A stretch of 64,000 bases of DNA from the human T2T-CHM13v2.0 reference genome, Homo sapiens. Shown here piece by piece: positions 29,730 through 43,552 of the stretch. How positions within the stretch are numbered: position 1 is the first letter of the stretch; each line of letters starts with the position of its first letter. The DNA lies in NCBI RefSeq assembly GCF_009914755.1, contig NC_060932.1, one strand, 5' to 3'. A model generated the notes under the pieces. It did no database searches and was not told the DNA's origin. It saw only the letters and a list, made by a program, of their open reading frames with translations. A program made the translations under genes and the position numbers.

Positions 29730-31590
29730 TTAAGGAATCTTTCTACACTCTGATGTCATAAAGTTGTTCTATGTTTTTTGCTGAAAGTTTCACAGTTTTG
29801 TTTTTCACGATGATTTTTCAATCTATCTTTGTTTTGTTGATTGGGATACAGTAAGGATCTAATTTAGCTTTCTCCATTTGGCTAGCATCATTTATTCAAC
29901 GCTGCATCCTTTCCTGGTTGATTCATATAGTATATCCTGTGTCATTACAGACACTTGCAAAGGAGCATTAGAGTTCTGTTTCTCTGCTCTCTTTCAACGG
30001 TCTACATGTTCATTCCCATGACAATATCACATGGCTCTAATAAACAAAAACCTTATTTGTTAATCCAGATGTCTGGTAGTGTGAATTTTCTATTCTTCTT
30101 ACTTTTCTTTAAAGTCTTGCTTTTTTATTTTTTATGTGAATTTTTGGATCAGCTCATCAAATTCTACAAAATAAACAAATAAAAGCAATACTGTTCAGAT
30201 GATGATGGAAACTTCACTGAATTTATTGAGTGTCACTGGGGTTCGTGTAAGGACAGTTGTGATCTATATAATAATAAATCTTCAATTTCATTTATTTTGA
30301 GTGTATTTTATGGCATTTAAAACTCTTTATAATTTTCTTTTTTAAAAACATATTTTGTTACATTTATTCTACACTTTAATTTTTGTTCCTATTACAAATT
30401 GTAACTCTGTTTTGAGTTATATTTTATAATTGCAAGCTGTTGGTATTTTAGAATGCTATTAATTATTTGTGCATTTATCTTGTTTCTGTCATCACTGATA
30501 AACTCATAAATTCCAATACATTTCAGCATAGTCACTTGGAATTTCTAAGCAGCCAAACATATGCATTTGATAATAATTTTGTTTTTTTCTTTGTGTTTAT
30601 CCTTTTATTTTTTTCCTTGTCTTATCATGCTAACAAACCAAAATAAAATGTTAACTAAAAACAGAGATGAAGCATCTTGTTTCCTTTAAAGCAAATATTT
30701 TAAAAATTTCAGCATTAATTTGGATGTTTGTTGTAGTTTTTTTTTTTTTAATAGATATGCTTTAGCAAGTTAAGGCAGATTTCTCTATTCTTGGTGTGCT
30801 ACAGATTGTATCAAAATGGGTGTTGAAGTTTGGCAGAATAATTATTTTGAATCTATTTTTTCTCCAAATTCATTAATACGATGAATTTTATTTCCCTAAA
30901 GTTGTTCATAGTGTTTTCTTATGTCTTTTAAAGATAAAGATATATTATGTTGCTTTCCTTAGAAGACATCTACTTGGTTCTGATGGGTTTTAAAATATAT
31001 ATCTATAACAGTTTTATTCTTAGGTTTGTGACATATTTTATTTGTATCTATGTATAAGAGGGAGATTGATTAATAACTTTTCTTTCTTAATGTGCTTGCC
31101 TAGTTTGGTATTAAGGTTATTTTGCCTCATAAAAATAGTAGAAAACAAGATCTGATTTTCTATCTGATGTGTAACAGTTTGTAAAATACTGGGATTATAA
31201 TATTCCTTAAACTTTTTATTAAAGAATTATAATATTCCTTAAGACATTTAAATAAAACATACCTGCGAAGCTGGACTGAGGCTTACTATTTTTTTCTAGA
31301 GTTATTTTTGTAAGTCACATCTTTCTAGGAAATAATCCATTTTGTCTACTTTTTAAAATTTATTTTCCCTAAAGTTGTTCATAGTGTTTTCTTATGTCTT
31401 TTAAAGATAAAAACTTGCTACAGGATTTAGTTATGCTTCCTTTTTCATTTGGAGTGCTTTTTTTCTGTGTCTTTTTTTTTCTTTTTTTTGTGTGTGTGTG
31501 CTTAATGTTCTTCCTGAAGTGTTTCCTTTAGTGATTTCAACTGGGAAGATGTGGCTGGTAGTTCTCTCTGTGTTTATTTATTTATTTTTT
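29730..31590 (-). mobile_element. Old L1 (L1ME-like) ORF2 region
   Basis: Long T-rich antisense L1 text ('gatgtttgttgtagtttt', 'ggtattaaggttattttgcctcataaaa'); boundaries approximate. Confidence 0.7.
30891..31411 (+). repeat. Exact 48-bp dispersed direct repeat (30891-30938 = 31364-31411)
   Basis: tttccctaaagttgttcatagtgttttcttatgtcttttaaagataaa occurs twice, identically. Confidence 0.95.
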
Positions 31591-31603
31591 AAAAATTGTG
31601 ATG

Positions 31604-32149
<546 letters not shown>

Positions 32150-32289
32150 TTGTGACCTCAATGTTGAGTGAGAATTAGGATGGACCCATATCAACCATGG
32201 AAGCCTTGTCTTCTGCCTTCCATGGTTGTTACTGAGAAGTCTGTCATTCTGATTTTCATTCCTTTGTAGATGATATTCTTCACTTCCTG

Positions 32290-32663
32290 CATAAGAATAC
32301 TATGCATCCATAAAAAAGAACAAGACCATGTCCCTTACAGGAACATGGATGGAGCTAGAGATTTTGATCCTTAGCAAACTAATGCAGAAACGGAAAACCA
32401 AATACCACATGTTCTCACTTAAGAAGTGAGAGCTAAATAATGACAACACATGGACACATAGAGGGGAACAACACACACTGGGGTCTACTTGAGGATGGAG
32501 GGTGGTTGGAGAAAGAGGATCAGGAAAAATAACTAGTGGATACTAGGCTTAGTATGTGAGTGACAAAATAATGTATACAACAAACTCCCATGACACAAGT
32601 CTGTTTACAGTTTATATAATAAACGTGAACATGTACCCCTGAACTTAAAAGTTAAAAAAAAAA
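32290..32663 (+). mobile_element. L1PB/L1MA 3' end
   Basis: 'ggaacatggatggagct...aacatgtacccctgaacttaaaagttaaaaaaa'. Confidence 0.9.
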
Positions 32664-33160
32664 ATGTACTCTTTGTCTATGATGAGAATAATTAGTCTTT
32701 GTTGCAACACTGTTGTCTAAGCAGAAATTCATTTATTTCTTTGATCTGAAGAGTCACATGTTTCTTAAATTCTGGAAAGAACCCAGTCATCTTCTTGCAT
32801 ATTATTTCCTAATTCTCTCTATTATTTCTTCTTAAAATTTATTTGTGTCTCTAATTTTCATTCTCTTAACTGCCATATCTCTTAACCTCTCATATTTCCA
32901 TGTATTTTTCTCTTTCTGCTGCATTATAGATACTTTCCTCATACTAATCTTCCAGTTCTCTAATTCTTTCATTGCTTATGCCTCATCCCATTTTCCATGT
33001 TTTTTTTGTTTGTTTGTTTTTCTTTTTTTTTTAACCTTAAATGTCTGTCTTTATTTCTGGGACTTCCGATTGGTTGATTTTACAAATCTGCCTGCCTTGC
33101 ATCACAGGGTCCTGTTCGTTCTTTAAGGGCTTTGTTTGCTTCTCATGTCTTTAATTTTTT

Positions 33161-33564
33161 ATTTTTATTTTTTATTTTATTTTATTTTTTTTTGAGAACA
33201 CCAAACATACTTTATTAGCACAAAAAAAGCAGCCATAACAAGGCACAGCAAGCAGAAACATACATTAGCAGTCAAAGGGTTAGTGTTGCATACAAATATA
33301 GCTTTTCTTTTTTGTAGCCTTGGCAATAGCCATAGGGATGTAAAATAACATTCTGTGGCAGCAGGTAAGGAAACCATGGAGCACTCACCAGTGGTACAAA
33401 GCACATTAACAAAAACACACAAGAATGGATTCGGCTACTTTAGTGCAAAATGTCTAGGACAGAACTGTAAATTCAGTTCAGTTACTAAGAAGCAAACACT
33501 AGCAGTTGATATAACTTCCAAAAGAGCTCACTCAAGTAGTAGTACATATTATTCTAAGTGACAA
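33161..33564 (-). pseudogene. Retrocopied mRNA 3' UTR fragment (source gene not recognised)
   Basis: Minus strand: non-repeat UTR-like sequence, AATAAA ~15 nt before a long A-tail; 15-bp TSD tgtctttaatttttt (33146-33160 / 33611-33625). Confidence 0.8.
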
Positions 33565-33651
33565 AATATCAATCTGAGAACTGCTCCTTTAAAAAATTAA
33601 AGACATGATTTGTCTTTAATTTTTTAAAGGAGTAGTTCTCAGATTGACATT
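33565..33651. repeat. Hairpin with 41-bp arms and a 5-nt loop
   Basis: 33565-33605 is the reverse complement of 33611-33651 at 39/41; loop TGATT. Confidence 0.95.
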
Positions 33652-34217
33652 CCATTAAACTTAGTTATGGGAGCTGTACATTTACTCTTTGTTTCTGTTT
33701 ACTCTCACTTATTTTGTCATGTCATGTGAGTTACATTGTATAGATATAATGAGCTCATCTTTGTCAGGATTGGTTTTTTGTGAGAATCTTCTATGGTGTG
33801 GGTGGTAGGAACATAATTTTAGGGCAGTGTTACATTTGCTACTACTAAAGTTTCTGAATGTTTTTCCAGAAGACTTGGCTGTAGCAATTTCAATTCACAA
33901 ATTCAGGTGAGGTTCTGCTCTGTGGCTTTGAATCCATAGAGCTGAATTTTTCCTCTACACTGAGATATATAAGCTTCCTTGTTGTCTTTCTGGACAAGTG
34001 TGCGAATTTTTTTCTGGTCCAATTTAAGGGGCATGACTCTACAGAGGAGTCTCAGTTACAAATCTCTCCTTGCATGGGCTCAGGGTTTTCTCTCCTACCC
34101 AAACCCAATCATTAAAATCAACTCCCCATACTACTGAGCCCGACATTCCAGCAAAGCAATGGTATTAGCTTAATATTTTGTCTTAATGTCTAGACCTGAT
34201 TCTAGCTCAGCTGTGCA

Positions 34218-34424
34218 TTTTTTTTAAGAGACAAAGTCTCACTCTATTGCCCAGGCTGGATTGCAGTGGTGCAAGCACAGCTCTATGCAGCCTTGAACTC
34301 CTGCACTCAAGTGATCCTGCCACCTCAGCCACCTGAGTAGCTGGAACCACAGGTGTACACTACGATACCCTGCTAATTTTTAAAAAATTTTTTGTACAGA
34401 CCTGATCTTTCTATGTTGCCCAGC
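34218..34424 (-). mobile_element. Truncated old Alu (AluJ-like)
   Basis: Antisense Alu right arm; TSD ctgtgcattttt/ctatgcattttt. Confidence 0.85.
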
Positions 34425-34724
34425 CTATGCATTTTTAAAGGTATTTATTTTGATATACACCCACTTGAACCAATACATCATGAGGCCAAGGATTTTATTT
34501 GTTCACTGTCATATCCCAAAGCCTAGATAAGTGCCTGGCACAGGGTAAATATTTGCCAAATGAAATAAAAACGTGTGAATGAATCCACCCCCTGCCATAT
34601 ACATGTGTGTATATGTGTATTGGAAGAAAGGCATTTCTACATATTTACAGTGGGACTCTTTTCAGATTGTCTAGTCAGCATTACAGGCACACTATCTGAA
34701 AAATGGTGGTGCATTCTATCCCTT

Positions 34725-35127
34725 TGTTAAATTAAGTTTAACCTAAAGCTGCCTCCTTACATATTTTAAGTTTGGCCTAAAGATTTCTCCATACATACTG
34801 AACTGTAACCTAACTGGATGTGTATACAGACTGCAACCTACTCTTGTGCCAGTCACAGGGTTTTGTGCAATCAAAGGCGGCCAAGTGTTCACACCATGCT
34901 CAAATAAGGCAAACGTGGGGATGTAACCCATCCGGCTGCTTCTGCACCTCATCTCTGTTTTCTGTTCATCACTTTTCCTTCTCTGTCCATAAGTCCTCTC
35001 TGACCACACAGCAGCAGCAAAGTATCCCTGAACCTATTCTGCTTCAGGGAGCTGCCAGATTCATGCATTGTTCTTTATTCAATTAAAGTCTGTTAAATTT
35101 AATTTGTCTGAAGTTTTTCTTTTAACA
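34725..35127 (+). mobile_element. ERV1 solo LTR (MER57-like)
   Basis: 'tgttaaattaagtttaacctaaagctgcctcc' ... 'gaagtttttcttttaaca'. Confidence 0.85.
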
Positions 35128-36023
35128 CCCTCATCCCTTGGATGGCATACAGTAACATTCTAATCCTATTAGCCCCCAATCCAATGATCCAAATCCAGCC
35201 TCCGTCTTTTCCCCCAGCCTGAGCGTCTCTTCCTAGCTATAGTCCCTTCCCCCAGCTCCTGCTGGACCCATAACTAGACTCTCATATGCTTCATTCTCCA
35301 AATCTACCGACCAGCCACAGACCTTGTCCCCTACTTTCAAACAGAATATTCTACCGAGACTCCACTTGAATCCAAGTATCATCAGGCCAGCAACTTTGTT
35401 TTCTCACTGCTCTTTCCCAAAGCCTGGAGGAGTGTCTGGGACAGAATTTATTTCAGTAAATATGTCTTGAATAAAATAAAGGATGAATGAATTTAGCCAC
35501 TATCCACACTGAAATACCGTATGGTATAAATACACAACAAGCAATTAAAAGCTTCAGCTTTAAAGTAAAACAAAATTAGCAGAAATATGCAGTCTGAAGC
35601 CTGTCTCTATAATTTTAAAGTGGCTTTTTAAAAAAAGTTTTCCAATATGTGCTACTGCTTCAAGTTTCCTTGCACAGTTTCCAATATAAAACAAAGTAAC
35701 AGGCAAAAGCTAAGAAAACTAAAACCCTCTGTTATAAAGAAGAATGAAATTAGAAGCAAAAGATTCTGCTGTAAAATGTAGACATGACTTTAAAAAAGTC
35801 ATGTTTAAAGCCTCAGCCTCAGTTTCCAGTTATAAAAAACTAACTAACTAAAGTCCAAAAGCAACACATTTTTCTTTACAAAAACCTTCCTCCAAGTTTC
35901 TGGGCTTGAAGTAGCGAGTAAAACAAAGGAGGGTCTTTTCAGAAATGTCATTTGTTTAAGGTCCTCTAGTCTCCGTTTTTAAACAATGTTTTCAAATAAA
36001 ATAAGCCACAAAAATAGCAAGCC

Positions 36024-36456
<433 letters not shown>

Positions 36457-36939
36457 GTTTTCTAACTTGGCTAGGGTGTGCAAGTCAGTCCATTTTACTG
36501 TTCTATAGGCTTCTCCAGCAAGAAATGCTCCCAGGAAAAAGAATCTGCGAAACCCACTCCTGGCTCCTAAAACACAGTGAGATATTTTGATTAACTCTAT
36601 GAGTTTAAGGTTGTGAGAAAAGTAAACTTACAGAAAACCAGGCCTATGTCTAAGTTTGGTGAGGCTTTCTCAATTTCCTGAATTGCATTCCCTGCAATTT
36701 TCTGGTGACATTTCAGAGAAGACGGGTGATGGAGTGGCTATGGACACCCACGGAGATCTTTCTGAAATTTTTTCACCAAAAATTTTTGGTTATGTCTGAA
36801 AACACACCTGAAGTCTGGCTGAAGGGCCAATAAATAAAAAATAAATAAATAAATAAATGAACAAACACTCTTCAGAGCCTATGTACGTTTCAGCAAAGTG
36901 AAGTGCCCTCCGTTTTCACTTTAGTTTTTTTAAAGCACC

Positions 36940-37280
36940 TGTATGGAACCTTGAAAACATTATGCTAAGTGAAAGAAGTCAGATAAAAGTTCACATATTG
37001 TATGATTCCACTTACATGAAAAATTCAGAATAGGTAAATCCATCAAGACAAAAAGCAGATTCGTGGTTGCCATGGCCAAGAAGGGGAATGGCGAGTGACT
37101 GGTTCATGGGTATGGGGTCTCTTGTGCCTCAGCCTCCCGAATAGCTGATTTTGAGGGTGATTAGAATGTTTTGGAACTACATGGAGCTGCTGCTTGTACG
37201 TTGTCAATGTACTAGGTGTCAATGAATAGTACGCTTTAAAATAGTTCATTTTATGTTATGTGAATTTCACCTTAATACAA
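36940..37280 (+). mobile_element. L1MB 3' end
   Basis: 'aaccttgaaaacattatgctaagtgaaagaagtcag...tgtgaatttcacc'. Confidence 0.9.
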
Positions 37281-37389
37281 ATTTAAAGCTTGTATATGAA
37301 TGTGCACATACATGTACTTGCAAATTTTTCCAAAAATTATTTAAAGAAATGTGCCTTAACATGTTGCTTTTTTCTGTCTGGAATAGGTT

Positions 37390-37954
37390 CAATTGCCTCA
37401 AGACCAATGCCATACAGTGAACGGTTTCAATGCTTCTCGAAAGCCTAAGTTCCTCATATCATTTCAGGGTTATTTGGGAATGGCTACAGGGAGCTGTTCT
37501 AGTTTTGATGCATTAGTGGACCAAAAATCACCAGTGCAATGGCTGATTAAATGGCGGCTCATCCCACTCCTGCTTAGCATCAGTGATGGTCATCATGAGA
37601 ATTTAAAAAATCCATTGAATCTTCCCAAGATTATTCTGTGTACTGACAGTAGTTACATAAGATGAACACAAAATAGGATTGTACCCTGAATCTGCCTTTT
37701 GGCTTTGACTTGGATTTGGCTTTTGGAAAACCAAATAGTAGAATGTCTGCTTCAACATCACATTTGGTATCCCTGAACTCCGGTGTTGATCACAGACCCA
37801 TGATCTGCCAATCATGTAGGTTATCATCCTATCCAAACAGTGTAACACGAGTAATTCAAGCAAGTCATTCTTATCTTCAAACATAGGCAAATATTCTAGA
37901 TATAACTCGGAGTTTGATATGCATTAGACAGTTGGTGCATAAAGGTGTATTTAT
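37390..37954 (-). pseudogene. Candidate decayed exon of the minus-strand fossil gene
   Basis: Acceptor 'cttactcttgtcaag|' (37955-37956), non-repeat sequence, long open minus frames (ORF 37603-37890; TPEFRDTKCDVEADILLFGFPK...). Confidence 0.45.
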
Positions 37955-38664
37955 CTTGACAAGAGTAAGATGTGGTGAAAGTTAATGAGGAATGTGAAAA
38001 CTAATATTTTATTCACTAAATTTATTTATGAAAGAACAAATATTTAAAATGTTAAATTGTTAAATAAGGCTATAGATGGACAGCTATTATAAATAGGCAG
38101 GGAGAGTGCATTAGCTAGGTACATTTACAAAGAACATTATGTCCTTTTTAAACCAAAAATGCTTTATAAAAATGTAAATGTTAGTACAAAACATAATAAT
38201 AAGGTTTAGATTACACCATAATTTTAACCTTTGTAGAACTGTTTGGTAATATTAAATACAGTCACCTCTAAGGACTGTATCTAATTTTCTGACTATTTAG
38301 ACCATAACAATTTTTTCAAGGAATAATCCTATTTACGAATTATTTTGACTTTTTTTTAAAATTCAGGTTTATTGAGGTATAATTCACATACAATGAAACA
38401 AACCATCTTATTTACAATTATATAACCACCACAATCAACACATAGAACATTCTGATAATATCTTTTTTTATCAAAAGCCTCAATTTTTCTACCATTGTAC
38501 AATCTCCAAAAGTCCTATAGATGAAGTTGTTGCACATTTTTTAGGGGTTTGGAATGCATATATTGAAAATAGGTGACATGTAAGAATATCCAAATGAGAG
38601 AAGAGAGTTGTAAAAGAGAATGGGCAAATAATATCAAGGAAATATTTATCAATACAGATGTGGT

Positions 38665-39431
38665 TGCGTCCGGAATTTATTCCTTCCGGTGGGTTCTTGG
38701 TCTCACTGACTTCAAGAATGAAGCCACGGACCCTTGCAATGAGTGTTACAGCTCTTAAAGATGGTGTGTCCAGAGTTCTTTCCTTTAGACGTTCAGATGT
38801 GTCCAGAGTTTCTTCCTCCCGGTTAAAGAACAAAGCAGTGAGTGTTACAGCTCTTAAAGGTGGTGCATCCGGAGTTGTCCTCCTGGTGGATTTGTGGTCT
38901 CCCTGACTTCAAGATTGAAAACGCAGATCTTCACAGTGAGTGTTACAGCTCTTAAAGGTAGTGTGGACCGAGAGTAAGCAGCAGCAAGATTTATTGTAAA
39001 GAGTGAAAAAACAAAGCTTCCACAGCACAGATGAGGACCTGAGCAGGTCGCCCTGCTGGCTGGTGGGGGGGGGTGGGTGGCTAGCTTTTATTCCCTTATT
39101 TGGCCCTGCCCACGTCCTGCTGATTGGTCCATTTTACAGAGTGCTGATTGGTGTGTTTTTACAGAGTGCTGACTGGTGCATTTACAATCCTTTAGCTAGA
39201 CACAGAGCACTGATTGGTGTATTTTTACAGAGTGCTGATTGGTTCATTTACAATCCTTTAGCTAGACCCAGAGTTCTGATTGGTGCACTTTTACAGAGTG
39301 CTGATTGGTGCATTTACAATCCTTTAACTAGACACAGAGCAGTGATTGGTGCATTTACAATCCTCTAACTAGACAGAAAAGCTCTCCAAGTCCCCACTTG
39401 ACCCAGGATGTCCAGCTGGCTTCACCTCTCA
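38665..39431 (-). mobile_element. ERV9 solo LTR (LTR12)
   Basis: LTR12 text with tandem CCAAT-containing repeats (39118-39375) and 3 copies of '(g/a)tgagtgttacagctcttaaag'; perfect TSD TGGT (38661-38664 / 39432-39435). Confidence 0.95.
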
Positions 39432-39573
39432 TGGTGACAGGTTTCAGAGCCAGTTAAGCAGCTGAAAGATTGTGATAGAAATGTAAAATGTATGGCATGA
39501 TTAACTCAATCCTCCACACCCAAAGTTCACATAAAATAAATAAATAGAGAAGTTAACCTTTGCTTACAATTAG

Positions 39574-39915
<342 letters not shown>

Positions 39916-40620
39916 TAAGTTTAGATAATACCATATCTCACTTTTTATTAATGGATTTGCTGGAGAAACAGTGGCTGGACAATCCCTTTTATTTACCCTG
40001 AGGCAGCCCAAATATCATCTGACCTACCAGGACTCAAGGGATGGTTTCCTGAGGACAGAACATGGAATACTGATCCCTGTCTTTTAGACTGGGGCTTAAC
40101 AGTATGGGTGGCAAAACCCTGGGTTAGATAGGTTAGATTCTTATCCACAAATGACCCATCCTCTGGTCATGATGTCACATTTTTAAGCTGTTTCAACTTA
40201 CTCAGGGACAAGTTTTGGGGCTCATTAGCTTTCTACAGTGTCAGTTCCCACAGAACAAGACTTCTTGGCTGACAGGATCCCACATGGATAATTGCTAGGG
40301 TCCCAGTTAAGTAGCTCAGGCTCAGTCCTCATGAAGAAGAGGTTTCTTCCTCCTTATGCTGCCCTTTCCATGTATATGTGAGATCCCTGAAGCAAAATCA
40401 CATAATTCTTTATCATCTCAACATCTTTGAAGTCCAAATGGTGAAAGGCAACTGTCATGCTTGCATCTGATTGCTGAGTCATGGTTGTGATGGTGTTCTA
40501 TTCAGCAAATTAGGGATGTTCTTCATAGGACTTCCAACAGCCTCTCTGTTTACTTCATTAACAACTGATCAAAAGTCTAATGACTGGAGAAATTGTTTTT
40601 CTAAAAAAGGCTCCAGACAT

Positions 40621-40918
40621 TCTTTTTCTGTTTTTTTTTAAACAGAGTTTCACTCCGTCGCCCAGGCTGGAGTGCAGTGGCTTGATCTCAGCTCACTGCA
40701 ACCTCCGCCTCTCGGGTTCAAGCAATTTTCTGCCTCAGCCCCCTGAGTAGCTGGGATTACAGGCACCCACTTCCACACCCAGATAATTTTTTGTATTTTT
40801 AGTAGAGATGGAGTTTCACTAACTTGGCCAGGCTGATCTTGAACTCCTGACCTCATGATCCACCCGCCTCTGCGTCCCAAAGTGCTGTGATTACAGGCGT
40901 GAGCCACGATGCCTGGCC
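40621..40918 (-). mobile_element. Alu (AluS-like) inside the fossil exon
   Basis: Antisense Alu dimer with degenerate 11-bp TSD. Confidence 0.95.
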
Positions 40919-42821
40919 AACACTCTCTTGGATATCTTAAGGATGACCTTTTCGACACCATGACTCCTATCTCCCTGTGCCTTCTCTTCAATATGGAGAT
41001 CCATCATTAGGGAGACAGCAGGGTATCACCTTCATTGTGTTGAGAGTGATCTTAGCTATTGCATAAACAAAATCATCAGAAGCACCACACAGGGCGGTTT
41101 CCCTTTGTTGGAGATGATTGCAAAGCATTTAGTTTGTTCTGCATGAGCTCACACATGACTGTAGTGTTAGAGGTGTTTTGGCCAATGGGGTCAGCCACAA
41201 CGTTAGCTTTCTTAGAACTTTCCATAGTTTTCTAAGAACAGAAAAGACCTCTCTGGTATGAAATGAGCAGTTTTTAGGTGGGTTTGGTTAGGTATGGCGG
41301 AATTCACATCTACTCACAGGTATTAGGAATGACGTCCCCGCCTGTACAGCCATCTTAGATGGTTTAACTTCCTCTCTGAGCAGTAGTAAAACAAGTTTGT
41401 TTATACTCTCAAAACTGAGCTTTTCCCTTTCTCCGGCACCATCTTGTCATCTGTGGTTTTACGGGTGTGTGATTTGGGACAAATATATGCAGTCTTTGAA
41501 AAAGGCCCCCCAGGTGGCAGTTTGCTTGTGAATTCTCCTTGGTATTACCAAAAGAAGAAACAAGGTTCCTCTCTTTGTTGCTGCAAACTAGAGTCAATAT
41601 TAGGTTGATGATCTCTTTATAGTATCTTTAAAGTTCCAAGGGGTCACTGCAGTGACAAAGCTGGTATGAAGGTGCTACGTGTCTTTCTTAGCATTTGAAA
41701 GTGTACCTTTAGCATACAGCTTCTATATCGCTGTCCATGAAGTCACAGTACAAACTTCTTGGGAAGGTAAAAGACACAAACAGCTCTGCCTATTCCTCAT
41801 CAGTGTAGTGCTGGTAACATTGCAAAATTATGCAAATGTACTGTGTAATGAACTCAAAACAGACTTGACCATCTGCTTCCTGGCAGGGTGCAGGCAATTG
41901 CACAGGAGTATATTCTGTTGACAGAACTCAATACATTGGGCCTCCTGATTCAGTGTCTTGCCCCAAGTTGGGAGTCTTAGGCTCCTGTCTGTGTTGTAGT
42001 TACGGTCTGATACAAAACTTTATAAACTGCTATTTGTCATGTCTTGGCAATCCTTTGCTTTCCATCTGGGGTCCCTGTTAAGGCTGGATTCATATTGTTG
42101 CATCTATCATAGGGAGAGTCCACTGATGCTTTCCGCATAGGACCCACCAGAGAAAGGACCTCAACTTACTGTCAAACCCGAATGGCAAGATGGAAAAAAC
42201 ATCCCCCTTGTTTTATACAGCTTTCTTTATTCCATCCAGAAACAGGTTTAAATATAACCAAATCCATTATAAATAATCTCCCAATAGCTGATGAGACAGA
42301 GCTTATTCTTGTTAACAGGTACAAGCTTGTGTAGTCATAGAAGTGCTATTTTTTCCCAGGCTGAGACACCTTCAGCAGATATAGCATTTGAACAACTGCC
42401 AAAAAGGACATCTCTGGGGGTTACAAGAGTTGGCAGGTCTTTTATTCCCAGAAAGTCTAGAGCTGAGAGTAGCATGAGCTGCCTTTTCCATTCCTCTTCC
42501 CAGATAACTTGTACCTCTGGAGACAGTGTCATTGGATCTTGGTTTTATTGCAAAGCTGCTCACAAGTCCCTGACTCAGGTTTTGGCTCCTTCTCATAGTA
42601 GCTCATGGGGTAACTGAGGAAAAATTAAAATAAACTCACAGGTGACCTTCATACTGTCAATCATAGCAAGGTTAGTCCCCAAATAGGGGCCCATAGCCTC
42701 TCCTCAGTTGGCAGGGTATTGTTCAGACAACCCTTCTTGGCCAGCTATATTGCTCAACCATTGGAAGGGAGGGATGGCATGAGGCCACTGGCAATGACGA
42801 AAAATGAACCGGCAGACTCTA

Positions 42822-43186
<365 letters not shown>

Positions 43187-43552
43187 AAGATTCAAACTTA
43201 GGTATAGCCAGTAGATGGAAACCAGTGTACTGTGTACTGTGCAGGTATGGTTCAATGTTTGACCCACTAACATGATATGGTCACCCTCTTCTTTGAAAAC
43301 AACCTTTGAGATCATTGTCAAAATCTCTGAGCGGTACAAGTACAACCCGACTTCAAGACATGCTTGACCTGCTTAGAGAAAGGCTGGGACTCTCCCTGGA
43401 GATCAAAGTCATTCCGTGTCTCCTCCTTGTACCTTTTGGCTAAGTTACTCCTCTTGCCACGCATCAGGTGATCAGGGCCCTAGTATTCAGATGCAGCACG
43501 GGCCTCATGGAATTCTTATCCTGTGCGGTTTGCTTAAATATAAGAAGTATGC

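Noticed and set aside
35782-35804. 10-bp-arm hairpin acatgacttt/aaagtcatgt
   Set aside because: Short and AT-rich; expected by chance.
39118-39375. Regularly spaced repeats resembling a CRISPR-like array
   Set aside because: Normal LTR12 U3 tandem repeats with non-unique spacers, in a primate genome.
42291-42617. 108-aa plus-strand ORF
   Set aside because: Antisense shadow of the minus-strand fossil frame; Ser-rich and unrecognisable.
42660-42710. GPYLGTNLA resembles the bornavirus L PRNTase motif (PLYLGSNTA), suggesting an endogenous viral element
   Set aside because: No downstream HR motif and no GDNQ polymerase motif found; splice signals and several colinear DNAAF9-like motifs fit a cellular gene better.
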